NCBI GenBank assembly: GCA_944320495.1
Contig: CALUHR010000013.1
Span: 224,001 to 288,000 of the forward strand
DNA length: 64,000 nt
Source of the DNA: Candidatus Methanomethylophilaceae archaeon
GTDB taxonomy: Archaea; Thermoplasmatota; Thermoplasmata; Methanomassiliicoccales; Methanomethylophilaceae
Direction of reading: 5' to 3'
Numbering within the stretch: the stretch's first letter is position 1; every line of letters begins with the position of its first letter. Of the stretch, positions 1 to 9,204 are shown piece after piece. Made by a program: the position numbers and the translations under genes. The notes beneath the pieces are model-generated. The model had not been told where the DNA came from and made no database searches. It saw only the letters and a program-made list of their open reading frames with translations.

Positions 1-839
1 ACCTCCTCCACCGCGAAGGAGGCGACGGACGAGGCGATCACAAGGGCCTCTGGCACATCGTAGCCGCGATACAGCGCGGCGTAGAACCCTGCGCGGTAGT
101 TGTCACCCGCACCCGTCACGTCGACGGCGCGCCTGGCCTTCACCAGCGGTATGCGGACAGTCTCGTCCCCGACCCTGGCGGTGCTCCCCGAGTCCCCGTC
201 CGTGCGGACCACGAGCGACGGTCCGGCGTCGAGCACGTCCCCGATGCCGAGATACCTCTGGATGGTGGCGGCCTCCAGCTCGTTGCAGAACAGGGCGTCG
301 GACATGGGCAGCGCCTCCCTGACGAGCCCCTCGTTCCAGACCCTGTGGACCTCCTGGGCGGGATCCAGCGAGATCGCCGGTCCTCCGCGCAGCTCACGCA
401 TCAGGGAGACGTAGTACGACGGCTGCCCGGTGCAGAAGTGGACGTGCCTGGACCTGGAGGCCATCCCGGTCAGACGGATCCCCAGGGAATCGGCGTTGCC
501 CTGAGGCCCCTGGTAGAAGAACACCCTGGTCACTAGGTCCTTGTCGTTGATGATCACGCAGGACGACGTCTCCTGCCCCACGGTGACGACCTCGTCCATG
601 ATCAGCCCCGAATCCCTCATGAGGTCTAGGTACGCGGCGGGCATGTCCGGCCCGATGAAGGCGCAAAGCGCCGTGGGGCAGCCGAGCCTGGCGGCCGCCA
701 CGGCTATGTTGGGCCCGGTGCCGCCGAGCGCGGTCTTCTTGGAGAGCGCGTCGGCGGTGATTCCGGGCGGGAGGAACGTGTCGATGCCGAAGATCGTATC
801 GATCGTGACGTGCCCGTACACCGACACGAAGGGGTCCAT
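1..839 (-). CDS. PfkB-family carbohydrate/nucleoside kinase (runs off the window; C-terminus missing)
   Basis: Translated by hand from ATG 839: MDPFVSVYGHVTIDTIFG...GGTGPNIAVAAARLG...DVTGAGDNYRAGF, which carries both PfkB signatures. The ATG overlaps the ahcY TGA. Absent from the ORF track. Confidence 0.88.
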   Translation of the reverse strand, partial: MDPFVSVYGHVTIDTIFGIDTFLPPGITADALSKKTALGGTGPNIAVAAARLGCPTALCAFIGPDMPAAYLDLMRDSGLIMDEVVTVGQETSSCVIINDKDLVTRVFFYQGPQGNADSLGIRLTGMASRSRHVHFCTGQPSYYVSLMRELRGGPAISLDPAQEVHRVWNEGLVREALPMSDALFCNELEAATIQRYLGIGDVLDAGPSLVVRTDGDSGSTARVGDETVRIPLVKARRAVDVTGAGDNYRAGFYAALYRGYDVPEALVIASSVASFAVEE

Positions 840-2077
840 CAGGTCCCCTCCTCCCATCCTCCGATGTAGGAGAGCTGCTCCTCCGTGAGGGCGTCGATCT
901 CGACGCCCATGGACTCCAGCTTGATCCTGGCTATCTCCTGGTCGATGGCCTCCGGGACGTTGTGGACGCCCTTGGCGAGACCTTTGTAGTTCTTGACCAT
1001 GTGGATGAGGCCCAGGGCCTGGGTGGAGAAGCTCATGTCCATGATCTCGGCGGGGTGTCCCTGGCCGGCGGCCAGGTTCATGAGCCTGCCCTCGGCGATG
1101 AGGTACAGCCTCCTGCCGTCGGCCATGCGGTACTCCTCCACGAAGTCCCTGACGCGCTCCTTGGAGACGCTCATGGCCTCCAGGGCGGTCTTGCTGATCT
1201 CGTTGTCGAAGTGGCCCACGTTGCCCATGACGCATCCGTCCTTGGCTACCTTGAGGGCCTCGGCGGAGACGACGTCCTTGCATCCGGTGACCGTGATGAT
1301 GATGTCCGCCACGGCCGCGGCCTTCACCATGGGCATGACCTCGAACCCGTCCATCTTGGCCTCGATCGCCTTGATGGGGTCGACCTCGGTGACGATGACC
1401 GACGCCCCGAGACCCTTGGCGCGCATGGCGACGCCCTTGCCGCACCAACCGTATCCGGCGACGACGAGCCTCTTCCCCGCGACGATCAGGTTGGTGGCGT
1501 TCATCCATCCGTCGAAGGCGGACTGGCCGGTCCCGTAGCGGTTGTCGAACATGAACTTCATCTTCGCGTCGTTCACGTCCAGCACGGGGAACTCGAGGAC
1601 ACCGTCGTTGGCCATGGCCCTGAGCCTCTGGACGCCGGTGGTGGTCTCCTCGTTCGCCGCCTTCACGTTGGGCAGCGCGTCCCTCCTGGAGGTGTGGACC
1701 ATCGAGATGAGGTCCGCCCCGTCGTCGATGATGAAGTCCGGATGCATATCCAGTACGGTGTTGAGGTTGGCGTAGTACTCCTCCTGGGTCTCCCACTTCT
1801 TGGCGTAGACGTTGAGGCCGTACTCCTCCCTCAGCGCCATGGCGACGGAGTCGTCGGTCGAGAGGGGGTTGCAGCTCGCGAGCCTGACCTCGGCCCCGGC
1901 GTCCGCCAGGGTGACGGCGAGCATTCCGGTCTTCGCCTCGGTGTGGAGGGCCATGCCGACCTTGATGCCGGCCAGGGGCTTCTCCTCGATGAAGCGCTTC
2001 CTGATCGCCATGAGCACGGGCATGTGGTCCGCGGCCCAGTGGAGCCTCAGGGATCCGATCTTCGTGAGGTCGTCCAT
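839..2077 (-). CDS. ahcY: Adenosylhomocysteinase
   Basis: Motifs SCNPLST, EETTTG, DNRYGTGQS, GYGWCGKG and GHPAEIMDMSF. Confidence 0.97.
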   Translation of the reverse strand: MDDLTKIGSLRLHWAADHMPVLMAIRKRFIEEKPLAGIKVGMALHTEAKTGMLAVTLADAGAEVRLASCNPLSTDDSVAMALREEYGLNVYAKKWETQEEYYANLNTVLDMHPDFIIDDGADLISMVHTSRRDALPNVKAANEETTTGVQRLRAMANDGVLEFPVLDVNDAKMKFMFDNRYGTGQSAFDGWMNATNLIVAGKRLVVAGYGWCGKGVAMRAKGLGASVIVTEVDPIKAIEAKMDGFEVMPMVKAAAVADIIITVTGCKDVVSAEALKVAKDGCVMGNVGHFDNEISKTALEAMSVSKERVRDFVEEYRMADGRRLYLIAEGRLMNLAAGQGHPAEIMDMSFSTQALGLIHMVKNYKGLAKGVHNVPEAIDQEIARIKLESMGVEIDALTEEQLSYIGGWEEGT

Positions 2078-2081
2078 GATA

Positions 2082-2828
2082 TCACTCGAACTCGGCCTTC
2101 AGGGAGCCGCAGATGGAGTCCACGGTCGCCTTGAGGCATTCGCGGTTGGAGAAACCATCCAACATCTTTAGTCTTGCCGAGCGGTCGTCCCTCATCTCCT
2201 CCACGAAGCGCAGGATGTTGGCTGTCGCGCGGGAGATCTCGTCGCAGATCGGCACGGTGGCGACCCTCGACGTGCGGGACAGGGGGTTGATGTCGATGGA
2301 GATGACCTTCTTCCCCATGGCGATGAGCGCCTGGGCGCGGTCGCCGTCCTCGATCGGCACGAGGATGACGTCGCTGGACCATATGCCCTCCCTGGTGCAC
2401 AGGGCGCGGTCGTGGTCCAGGCCGGGGATCCTCTCCTCGGGGATCCTGCCGAGGACCTCCCTGGCACCATCGGCCTCGAGGAGGGAGATCACGGCCTCCA
2501 TCCTCTCGGGGGTGCGGTGGAACAGGTTCACCTCCACCTTGGCCGGCACCGCCTCGGCGATGGCGATGAGACCCTTCGGATCCAGCGCGGCGGCGTTGCC
2601 GTTGACGCAGATGACGGGGTTCTCGGCCTCGAGGAGCATCGCCGCGGCCGCGCGCTCCGCCTCCTCGGCGGGTCCGATGGTCCTCTCGCCCATCAGGTAG
2701 TCGAACGCCTCCCCGCGCCCGTGGGAGATCAGCCCTGTGGGCGTCACAACGCCCTGCGAGACCATGTCGACCAGGTGCTCCCTGGTCATGAGCGACTTGT
2801 ATCTGGGATGGCTCTTGGGAATCTGCAC
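2082..2828 (-). CDS. 4-phosphopantoate--beta-alanine ligase (archaeal phosphopantothenate synthetase)
   Basis: IPKSHPRY..L..RE, GLISHGRGEAFDYL.GE, VP(I)EDGDR and IDINPLSRT match the archaeal PPS family. Likely GTG start at 2828 (ORF track starts at 2882). Confidence 0.92.
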   Translation of the reverse strand: MQIPKSHPRYKSLMTREHLVDMVSQGVVTPTGLISHGRGEAFDYLMGERTIGPAEEAERAAAAMLLEAENPVICVNGNAAALDPKGLIAIAEAVPAKVEVNLFHRTPERMEAVISLLEADGAREVLGRIPEERIPGLDHDRALCTREGIWSSDVILVPIEDGDRAQALIAMGKKVISIDINPLSRTSRVATVPICDEISRATANILRFVEEMRDDRSARLKMLDGFSNRECLKATVDSICGSLKAEFE

Positions 2829-2899
2829 GCCCGCTCGATGTCGGTCACCCGTATATGGGTTCCCGTCAAGCGTTAATATCAAACGGCGATGCGAGACGC

Positions 2900-3619
2900 A
2901 TGGCAGATTTCAGGATCGTCCTCGTGGGACCGAAGTTCCCGGGTAACATAGGCGCTGTGGCCCGCTCGATGGCCAACTTCGGACTCAGGGACCTGGTCCT
3001 GGTCAACCCCGCCTGCGACCTCGACGACGACGCGTACCGCAGGGCGAAGCACGGGTCCTTCATCCTCGACGGAGCGAGGGTCGTGTCCACCTTCGACGAG
3101 GCCCTGGAGGACTGCTTCCTGGTCGCCGGCACCAGCGGCGTCACCACCAAGGGCGAGAGCAACTACACCCGCATCCCGGTTCCCGTCAGGGAGTTCGCCG
3201 AGGGCACCCGCGGATACCGCGAGAAGATCGCCCTCGTGTTCGGAAGGGAGGACATCGGCCTCCTGCAGGAGGAGCTGGAGATGTGCGACGTGCTCGTCTG
3301 GATCCCGACCGGCGACGAGTTCCCGATCCTCAACCTGTCCCACGCCGCGACCATCGCCATGTACGAGATGTACCAGGCGGAGCACGTGCCGCCCAAGACC
3401 CACCCCGCCAACAGGGAGCAGAAGGAGCGCCTGTTCAACACCTTCGACGACCTGATGGAGGAGGTCCGCTATCCGGAGAACCGCAGGAACGGGACCAGAG
3501 TCATGTTCAGGCGCATGATGGGGCGCTCCATCCCCTCGGAGTACGAGTTCCGCACCATCATGGGCGTCCTCGGCGACGCCGTGAGGATCATCAGGAACGG
3601 GAAGCCCTGGGAGAAGTGA
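2900..3619 (+). CDS. trmJ: SPOUT tRNA (cytidine/uridine-2'-O)-methyltransferase, TrmJ family
   Basis: GNIGAVARSMANFG, LVFGREDIGL and ILNLSHA motifs. ATG 2900 is preferred over the ORF-track start at 2855. Confidence 0.9.
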   Translation: MADFRIVLVGPKFPGNIGAVARSMANFGLRDLVLVNPACDLDDDAYRRAKHGSFILDGARVVSTFDEALEDCFLVAGTSGVTTKGESNYTRIPVPVREFAEGTRGYREKIALVFGREDIGLLQEELEMCDVLVWIPTGDEFPILNLSHAATIAMYEMYQAEHVPPKTHPANREQKERLFNTFDDLMEEVRYPENRRNGTRVMFRRMMGRSIPSEYEFRTIMGVLGDAVRIIRNGKPWEK

Positions 3620-4400
3620 GACGGACCGGCAGGAAGACGAGGACCTTCGTGTCCTCCCTGTCGTCCCTTTTGACGATATCCGGGATTATCCCGGTGTTGC
3701 TCACCACCGTATGGAATATCTGCTCGAGCTGGGCGGTGCCGAAGCCCGAGCTCACGGTGACGATGAGCTTGCCGTAGGCCGGATCGGTGGGGAAGACCGT
3801 CGCGCCCATCGCGCGCTGGACCGCCTCCGCCGGATCGATGTCGTTGACGTAGGAGAAGGTGTAGGCAGGCTCCGGGAATGTGCTGAAGAACGGCCCGTCC
3901 ACAATCGCCGCCAGATTGTCCATGGACAGGGATATCGTGTGTCCTATGACGCGGAGGCCCGAATCGATCTTCACACCGCCGTTGATCTTCTCGAACATCC
4001 CCATGTCCATCAGGAAGATGCGATCGGCGGTGCCACGTATCGAATCCAAGGTCCCGATCGCCTTTCCACGGCGTTCCTTCTCGATCGGATGAGGAAGTCC
4101 GGCGACGGCAATGACCCTGCAACCGGACCGCCTGGCACATTCAGCCACATGAAGCAGCATCGCCGATCCCGACTCGCCTCCGAGCATCGCATAGACGAAC
4201 GCGACCCTGACGCCCGAGAGGGCGTTCCTTATGGCGTACTCCTCGCCGCGAGACATCGGCGTGCGGAAGTCCGGATTGCCGGCGGCGGCCTCGCGGGGAT
4301 TTATGCGGTACGTCGGTATGCGATCGAACCCCGTGCTCGCGATGATGCGGCATGCGGCACCCCCGCACGCGAAGAGGACCGCATCGTCCAAGTCTCTCAC
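3591..4400 (-). CDS. Degenerate FtsZ/tubulin-like protein
   Basis: FtsZ-like segment order: ACGGAAC (T1-like), MLGGESGS (in place of GGGTGSG), VAGLPHPIEKERRGKA...ADRIFLMD. Lies directly downstream of a CdrS-like RHH gene. Confidence 0.65.
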   Translation of the reverse strand: MRDLDDAVLFACGGAACRIIASTGFDRIPTYRINPREAAAGNPDFRTPMSRGEEYAIRNALSGVRVAFVYAMLGGESGSAMLLHVAECARRSGCRVIAVAGLPHPIEKERRGKAIGTLDSIRGTADRIFLMDMGMFEKINGGVKIDSGLRVIGHTISLSMDNLAAIVDGPFFSTFPEPAYTFSYVNDIDPAEAVQRAMGATVFPTDPAYGKLIVTVSSGFGTAQLEQIFHTVVSNTGIIPDIVKRDDREDTKVLVFLPVRLTSPRASRS

Positions 4401-4674
4401 CGACGCCCATCCTCTGGCTCAGGTACCTGTCGGCGGCGGCGCGGACCATGTCGTCCAGACTCCTGCCGTCCGGTGTCAGGTCGGAGATGTCGAGGACCTC
4501 CTGGACGTCGTACTCCGGGACCACGCCCTCGGTGATGCGCCCGTCGGCGTAGGAATCGAGGACCGAGCGTACCGCATCGTTGATGGAGCGGAACTCCCCG
4601 CGGGAGACGAGCGCCCTGTAGACGGCGACGGTGTCGGGGGAAAGCCTCAGAACGATCCTCTCGTCATCAGACAT
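4384..4674 (-). CDS. Ribbon-helix-helix protein, CdrS/CopG-like (ends at CGA 4386-4384)
   Basis: ERIVLRLS...LVSRGEFRSINDAVRSVL resembles archaeal CdrS, with a second RHH-like segment (SLDDMVRAAADRYL). The standard-code ORF runs to 4141, 260 nt into the ftsZ-like gene. Confidence 0.75.
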
Positions 4675-4738
4675 CGCGGCGCCTCGTTGAAGAAATGAAG
4701 GTAAAGGGTTTGAGGTGGGGTCCGGAATCGAACCCCGA

Positions 4739-5053
4739 TCATCCGAAGAGAGCGGAGAGACCGGCGGCGGCCTCTTCCTCGCTGACAGCCTCTTCCTCGG
4801 GCTCGGCCTCTTTGGCGGGAGCCTCGGCGGCCGCGGCGGCGGCAGCGGGGGCGGCGGCAGCGGCGGCAGGCGCAGCGACGGCTGCGCTGGCGATGGCCTC
4901 CTTGATGTCGACTCCGTCCAGAGACGCGACGAGCGCCTTGATCTTGGCTGCGTCAGGCTCGACTCCGGCGGCGGTCAGGATGGCCTGGATGGCATCCTCG
5001 GTGATGTCCTTGCCGGCAGAGTAGAGCACCATAGCGCTGTAGATATACTCCAT
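4739..5053 (-). CDS. rpl12: 50S ribosomal protein L12 (aP1)
   Basis: [12 protein letters not shown]-terminus, Ala-rich hinge, [13 protein letters not shown] tail. Confidence 0.97.
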   Translation of the reverse strand: MEYIYSAMVLYSAGKDITEDAIQAILTAAGVEPDAAKIKALVASLDGVDIKEAIASAAVAAPAAAAAAPAAAAAAAEAPAKEAEPEEEAVSEEEAAAGLSALFG

Positions 5054-5077
5054 ATCAAATCAACTCCTATTGATTGT

Positions 5078-6082
5078 TTAACCGAATAGTGCACTGAGAC
5101 CAGCGGCGGCTTCCTCCTCGCTGACCTCCTCTTCTTCTTCCTCGACCTTCTCCTCGACCGGAGCCTCGGCAGCGGCGCTCGCAACAGGTGCGGCGGCTGC
5201 GGCGGAGCTGAGCCTGGCGGCGATCTCGTCGCTGGTGTATCCGGATGCGGAGGCGAGCGCCAGCATCTGGGCGTCAGCCTTCGCGAGGAGTCTGTCGATG
5301 TTCTCCTTGGTCGGTATCGCGGCCTCAATGGAGAGTCCCATGGACTCCCTGAACGCCTTCGCGATGAGCGGAACGATCGTCTCCTTGGTCGGGAACGCGA
5401 TCGAGACACCCAGAGCAAGGGCGTTGTGAGCGGCCGTAGCGAACATTGTAGCGTAGTAATCCTCGGGGATGTCAAGGACGTCCCTTCCGTAGATGACCCC
5501 GTCCTCGTAGGCGGCCCTGAGGTCCATTCCCACAACCATGGGAAGGATCTCGAGCTTGGGGAGCATCGCGGCCACGGGTCCGGGGATGGGCTCGCCCTCC
5601 TTGACCAGCGTGGTGTCCTTCTTGATTACTATCTTTCCCGCATCGATAGCTGCGGGAAGGCCTATCTTCTGAAGTTCCCCGATGATGGGGCCGGGTCCGA
5701 AGGGTGTGGGTCCCTTGGGGACGACGATGTCGTAGGGCGCGAGCTGACCCTCCTTAGCGGGGGCCGCGGTCATCGTGGCCTCAAGCTTCTTGAAAAGCTT
5801 GAAGGGATCGATGTCCGTAGTGACGATCGCGCACTGTCCGTGCACCGAGTCCTTGAGTCCCAGGATTCCGGGCTTCTCCTTCGCCGCCTCCTCGATGGCC
5901 AGAAGCATGAGCTTGTTCTTGGTCATCTTGAGCTTGGCGTGGGCCCTGAGTCCCGCCCTCATGGACTGGACCTGCTGTCCGGGAATCCCGTGCATGTCGA
6001 CGACGGCGACGACGGGATACTCGCGCATGTCCTGTACCAGCTCCTCGACGAGGTCCTTCTTCCAAGTTGCGACGTGTGCCAT
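5078..6082 (-). CDS. rpl10: 50S ribosomal protein L10 (aP0)
   Basis: AHVATWK, MTKNKL, GPTPFGPGPIIGELQ motifs and an acidic GLSALFG tail. ATG 6082 fits the SD spacing better than 6088. Confidence 0.96.
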   Translation of the reverse strand: MAHVATWKKDLVEELVQDMREYPVVAVVDMHGIPGQQVQSMRAGLRAHAKLKMTKNKLMLLAIEEAAKEKPGILGLKDSVHGQCAIVTTDIDPFKLFKKLEATMTAAPAKEGQLAPYDIVVPKGPTPFGPGPIIGELQKIGLPAAIDAGKIVIKKDTTLVKEGEPIPGPVAAMLPKLEILPMVVGMDLRAAYEDGVIYGRDVLDIPEDYYATMFATAAHNALALGVSIAFPTKETIVPLIAKAFRESMGLSIEAAIPTKENIDRLLAKADAQMLALASASGYTSDEIAARLSSAAAAAPVASAAAEAPVEEKVEEEEEEVSEEEAAAGLSALFG

Positions 6083-6094
6083 CTTCATGCCTCC

Positions 6095-6733
6095 TTAGAG
6101 GACCCTCTCCGAGGGACCCATGGTGGTCTTGACGTAGGCGGAAGCGATGTTGTGCCTTCCCTTCTCCAGGTGGGACTCGACACGCTTCAGGATGAGATCG
6201 ACGTTCTCGGCGATCTCCTCCGCGGGCATGTCAACGGTTCCGACGGGAGCGTGGAAGGTCTTCCTGTCCTTCGTCCTGATGGTCACAGACTTGCGGAGAC
6301 CCGCGATCATCGCGGCCGGATCGGCTCCGGGGGCGATGGGCTTGGGCATCTTTCCGCGAGGACCGAGAACGGTACCGAGCCTCTTACCGACGACGGCCAT
6401 CAGGGGCGCCTCGGCGATGAAGTAGTCGGTGTTGTTCGCGATCTTCTTGGCCTGCTTCTTGTCGTCCGCGATCGCTCCGAGTTCCTCGGGGGTGATCACG
6501 GAATCGGCCACGTCCTTGGCTTTCAAGGCAAGTTCGCCACCACCAATCACGCAGATCTTGACTTCCTTGCCGCGGCCGTACGGGAGGATGATATCCTCGG
6601 TGATACGGTTCTTCGGCACGGTGAGGTCGACATCTTTGAGATTGATGGCCAACTCAACCGTCTCGGTGAAATTGCGCTTCTTCGCACTCTCCAGTGCCTT
6701 CTGCACAGCCATCACGGTTGGTTTTTCTGCCAA
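6095..6733 (-). CDS. rpl1: 50S ribosomal protein L1
   Basis: KRNFTETVELAINLK, LGPRGKMPKP and KTTMGP motifs. TTG start preceded by GAGGAGG. Confidence 0.97.
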   Translation of the reverse strand: MAEKPTVMAVQKALESAKKRNFTETVELAINLKDVDLTVPKNRITEDIILPYGRGKEVKICVIGGGELALKAKDVADSVITPEELGAIADDKKQAKKIANNTDYFIAEAPLMAVVGKRLGTVLGPRGKMPKPIAPGADPAAMIAGLRKSVTIRTKDRKTFHAPVGTVDMPAEEIAENVDLILKRVESHLEKGRHNIASAYVKTTMGPSERVL

Positions 6734-6744
6734 TACAATTCCTC

Positions 6745-6784
6745 CTCGTAGTGCGTACGAGCCCTTTAGGGGCTCTCCTACAAG
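6745..6784 (-). promoter_or_regulatory. Candidate L1-binding mRNA leader hairpin upstream of rpl1
   Basis: Minus strand CTTGTAG-GA-GAGCCC-CTAAA-GGGCTC-GTACGCA-CTACGAG forms two stems with an asymmetric GGAG-containing loop and abuts the SD. TATA-like TTTAAATA at 6816-6809. Confidence 0.55.
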
Positions 6785-6870
6785 TGATTGGGGCTATAGG
6801 CATGCCCTATTTAAAGGTAACACCCGGGCCCCCGCGCAACCGATATCTTTGTGCAGACGCATGCGGGGAC

Positions 6871-8184
6871 GTGGTTCAGTACAGGACCCTCGTGGTCGTA
6901 TCCCTGGCGTTGGCCGTCGCCCTGGCGGTCATATCGTTCCTCGCTACGGACTGGATGTGGTTCTGCATCAACATCCTGTGCGCGATGCTCCTCTTCCTGC
7001 CCCGCTGGAAGAAGTTAGGCTACTACTACGACAGGAGGGTCGTCACACTCACAATGGTGGCCCCCGCCCTGATGGTGGTCCTGTTCATTGTAGCGATGTT
7101 CCTGCCCATCAGGGACGTCTATGTCCTGGAGGTGTCGGTGTACACGTACGTCACCGCCATGATACAGACCATCCAGTCCTACACCGCGGGTCTGATGTTC
7201 GCCCTCATCCTCAACAGGTCCGGCGTCGTGCACATGACCACTTCGTGGGTGGCCATCTTCGCCATGGTCTTCTCCATGGCCGTGTCCGCCCTCGACCTGC
7301 TCTTCACGTTCGGGGACATGTACAGCAAGGGCTATCCCGTGTTCAACAAGGACTTCACCGAGGGGGAGGCCATCCTCACCAACAGGATCATGATGTCCTC
7401 ACCCGTGGCCGCGACCTTCGTGTCCCTGGCCCTCACGATAGGGATCTACATCAAGGACGGCGGGAAGGACGCCATGGAATACATCGTCGAGGGAGAGTGC
7501 GCCAAGCCGCAAGCGATCGACACCACGACGGAGTCAGCCGAGGCCTACGAGCCGAAGAGGTTCTGGGCCGATCTGATGAACCTCCTCTCGGTCATCGTCG
7601 CGGTCGCCCTGATGATCGGCGCGCTGACGTCCGAAAAGGGCAACGTCTCCGTGACCACCGTGTTCTGCTGCATCGTCTGCCTCGTGTCTCCGATACTGGG
7701 ATACCTCAGGCTCGTGAGGATACCGCCCGCCCTCACGCTCCTCATCTTCCTGGCCGCGGGGCTCCACGCCTACGGCCTCCTCGCCGAGATCTACGGGTTC
7801 ACCGGAAGCTACGATGTCCTGACCCATACCCTGTCCTCCACGACCATCGGCATCTGCGTGTTCTACACCCTGATGTGCTTCCAGGTCTATTCGGGCGGGA
7901 TGCTGGGGTTCACAGGCAACGGGCTGGCCCTCTTCACGGGTATAATCACTCTCGCGTTCAGCACGTACTGGGAGGTCATCGAATTCTTCTCCGACCTTAT
8001 CACCGGCGCCCATGCGCAATACAGCCCGTACGACACCCTCACGGACATGGTCTGCGACATGTCCGGCATGTTCATCGCATCCTTCGCCGTCGGGATCGCC
8101 CTGAAGAAGCTCACGGTCCCCCAGCTGGTGGCCTCGTTCCGGCTCGACGACCGTCTCAAGTCCAAGCTGGCCAAGAAGGACTGA
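6871..8184 (+). CDS. Polytopic membrane protein; C-terminal half resembles the DUF2238/VanZ-like group
   Basis: About 10 hydrophobic segments; YDVLTH...YWEVIEF...DTLTDMVCD pattern. The start is uncertain (GTG 6871); the ORF-track start at 6694 overlaps rpl1. Confidence 0.7.
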   Translation: MVQYRTLVVVSLALAVALAVISFLATDWMWFCINILCAMLLFLPRWKKLGYYYDRRVVTLTMVAPALMVVLFIVAMFLPIRDVYVLEVSVYTYVTAMIQTIQSYTAGLMFALILNRSGVVHMTTSWVAIFAMVFSMAVSALDLLFTFGDMYSKGYPVFNKDFTEGEAILTNRIMMSSPVAATFVSLALTIGIYIKDGGKDAMEYIVEGECAKPQAIDTTTESAEAYEPKRFWADLMNLLSVIVAVALMIGALTSEKGNVSVTTVFCCIVCLVSPILGYLRLVRIPPALTLLIFLAAGLHAYGLLAEIYGFTGSYDVLTHTLSSTTIGICVFYTLMCFQVYSGGMLGFTGNGLALFTGIITLAFSTYWEVIEFFSDLITGAHAQYSPYDTLTDMVCDMSGMFIASFAVGIALKKLTVPQLVASFRLDDRLKSKLAKKD

Positions 8185-8379
8185 GCCCGGTCGGCCCCTC
8201 CCATATTCTGGGCTTCGGCCCTCCATTATTATACGGCTATCGAAATCGTATTGCCCGTCCGCTTCAATTGGTATGCATCCGACATTTGACAGCATGATCA
8301 CCGTTGCAGTATCCTTGATGGTCGCAGGTGAAATCCTTATCGATAAAAATCTGGGGAATACTACAGCCCTCATAGCAAG

Positions 8380-8595
8380 TTGGGCAGGATCGCCGAAGCT
8401 GGATGGGAGATCACCGGGCCCATGCGCAATCTCTACGGGACCGATGCGAACGCCCCGTCGTACCTCGTGGCCAAGGACCACTGCGGACCCTCGTGCATCT
8501 CCTCCGAGTACGCCCTGATGAGACGCAAAGGTCTTCAGGACCCCTCTGGACATGAGGGCCCTCGATATCCTGGATCCGGAGAGCGCCGAGGGTGA
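8380..8595 (+). pseudogene. Possible decayed GyrI-like/effector-binding domain fragment
   Basis: GWEITGPMRNLY resembles the g.ei.gp.re.Y motif of GyrI-like domains. No convincing start or full domain. Confidence 0.25.
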
Positions 8596-8689
8596 TGCGG
8601 GAGGCTTCCCCTTCGACGACTAGTGCCTGGGCCCCTGGTGCCCGCATTACCCCAAGATCCCACCGTGGAGATCGTAGCAGAATGATGAC

Positions 8690-8710
8690 GGGGTGGGGGA
8701 AGCCCACCCC
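8690..8710 (-). terminator. GC hairpin after rpl11
   Basis: GGGGTGGG-GGAAG-CCCACCCC about 15 nt past the rpl11 stop. Confidence 0.45.
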
Positions 8711-8724
8711 CTGAATGTTTTGAA

Positions 8725-9201
8725 TCACTCGACCAGGAGAGTGTCGTACTCTCCGGCCCTGACGGCGGCCTGGAAGGATTTGGCATCCTTGCCGTCGATG
8801 GTGACGCCCATGGGGATGCAGCTTCCGGCGATCTCCATGGCCTTGGCCTTCATGGTGGCTCCCAAGAGGTCGTCACCCTTCATGCCAACGAGCTTCTTCA
8901 TCTGGTCGATGGTGAGGTTCCCGACCTTCTCCGTCTTGGAGTTGTGGGCACCGATCTCGATTCCGAGCTCTCCCTTGATGAGGGCGGAGATCGGAGGGGT
9001 TCCGACCTTGATGTCGAAGGTCTTGTCGTCGTTGATGAGGATCTTGACAGGGACCTTCATGCCGTCGTAGGCTTTCGTCTTCTCGTTGATTTTCGCAATG
9101 ACCTGGCCGATGTTCACGCCCTTGGGTCCCAGAGCGGGGCCGAGGGGCGGACCTGCGGAGGCCCTGCCCCCGTCAACCAATGCCTCAACAGTGTCTACCA
9201 T
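8725..9201 (-). CDS. rpl11: 50S ribosomal protein L11
   Basis: GG.ASAGPPLGPALGP.GVN and KVGTPP motifs. Confidence 0.97.
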   Translation of the reverse strand: MVDTVEALVDGGRASAGPPLGPALGPKGVNIGQVIAKINEKTKAYDGMKVPVKILINDDKTFDIKVGTPPISALIKGELGIEIGAHNSKTEKVGNLTIDQMKKLVGMKGDDLLGATMKAKAMEIAGSCIPMGVTIDGKDAKSFQAAVRAGEYDTLLVE

Positions 9202-9204
9202 TGT

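Noticed and set aside
4384-4400. Programmed frameshift fusing RHH to the FtsZ-like protein
   Set aside because: No slippery sequence is visible, and a CGA stop with a short overlap explains the junction more simply. Not fully excluded.
4715-4740. GGTTCGATTCC on the minus strand, resembling a tRNA T-loop
   Set aside because: The T-stem does not pair and there is no acceptor, D or anticodon arm. It fits a GGGGT...ACCCC terminator-like hairpin after rpl12.
4739-5130. Near-identical 3' ends of rpl12 and rpl10 ([13 protein letters not shown])
   Set aside because: Well-known shared C-terminal motif of archaeal P-stalk proteins, not a mobile repeat.
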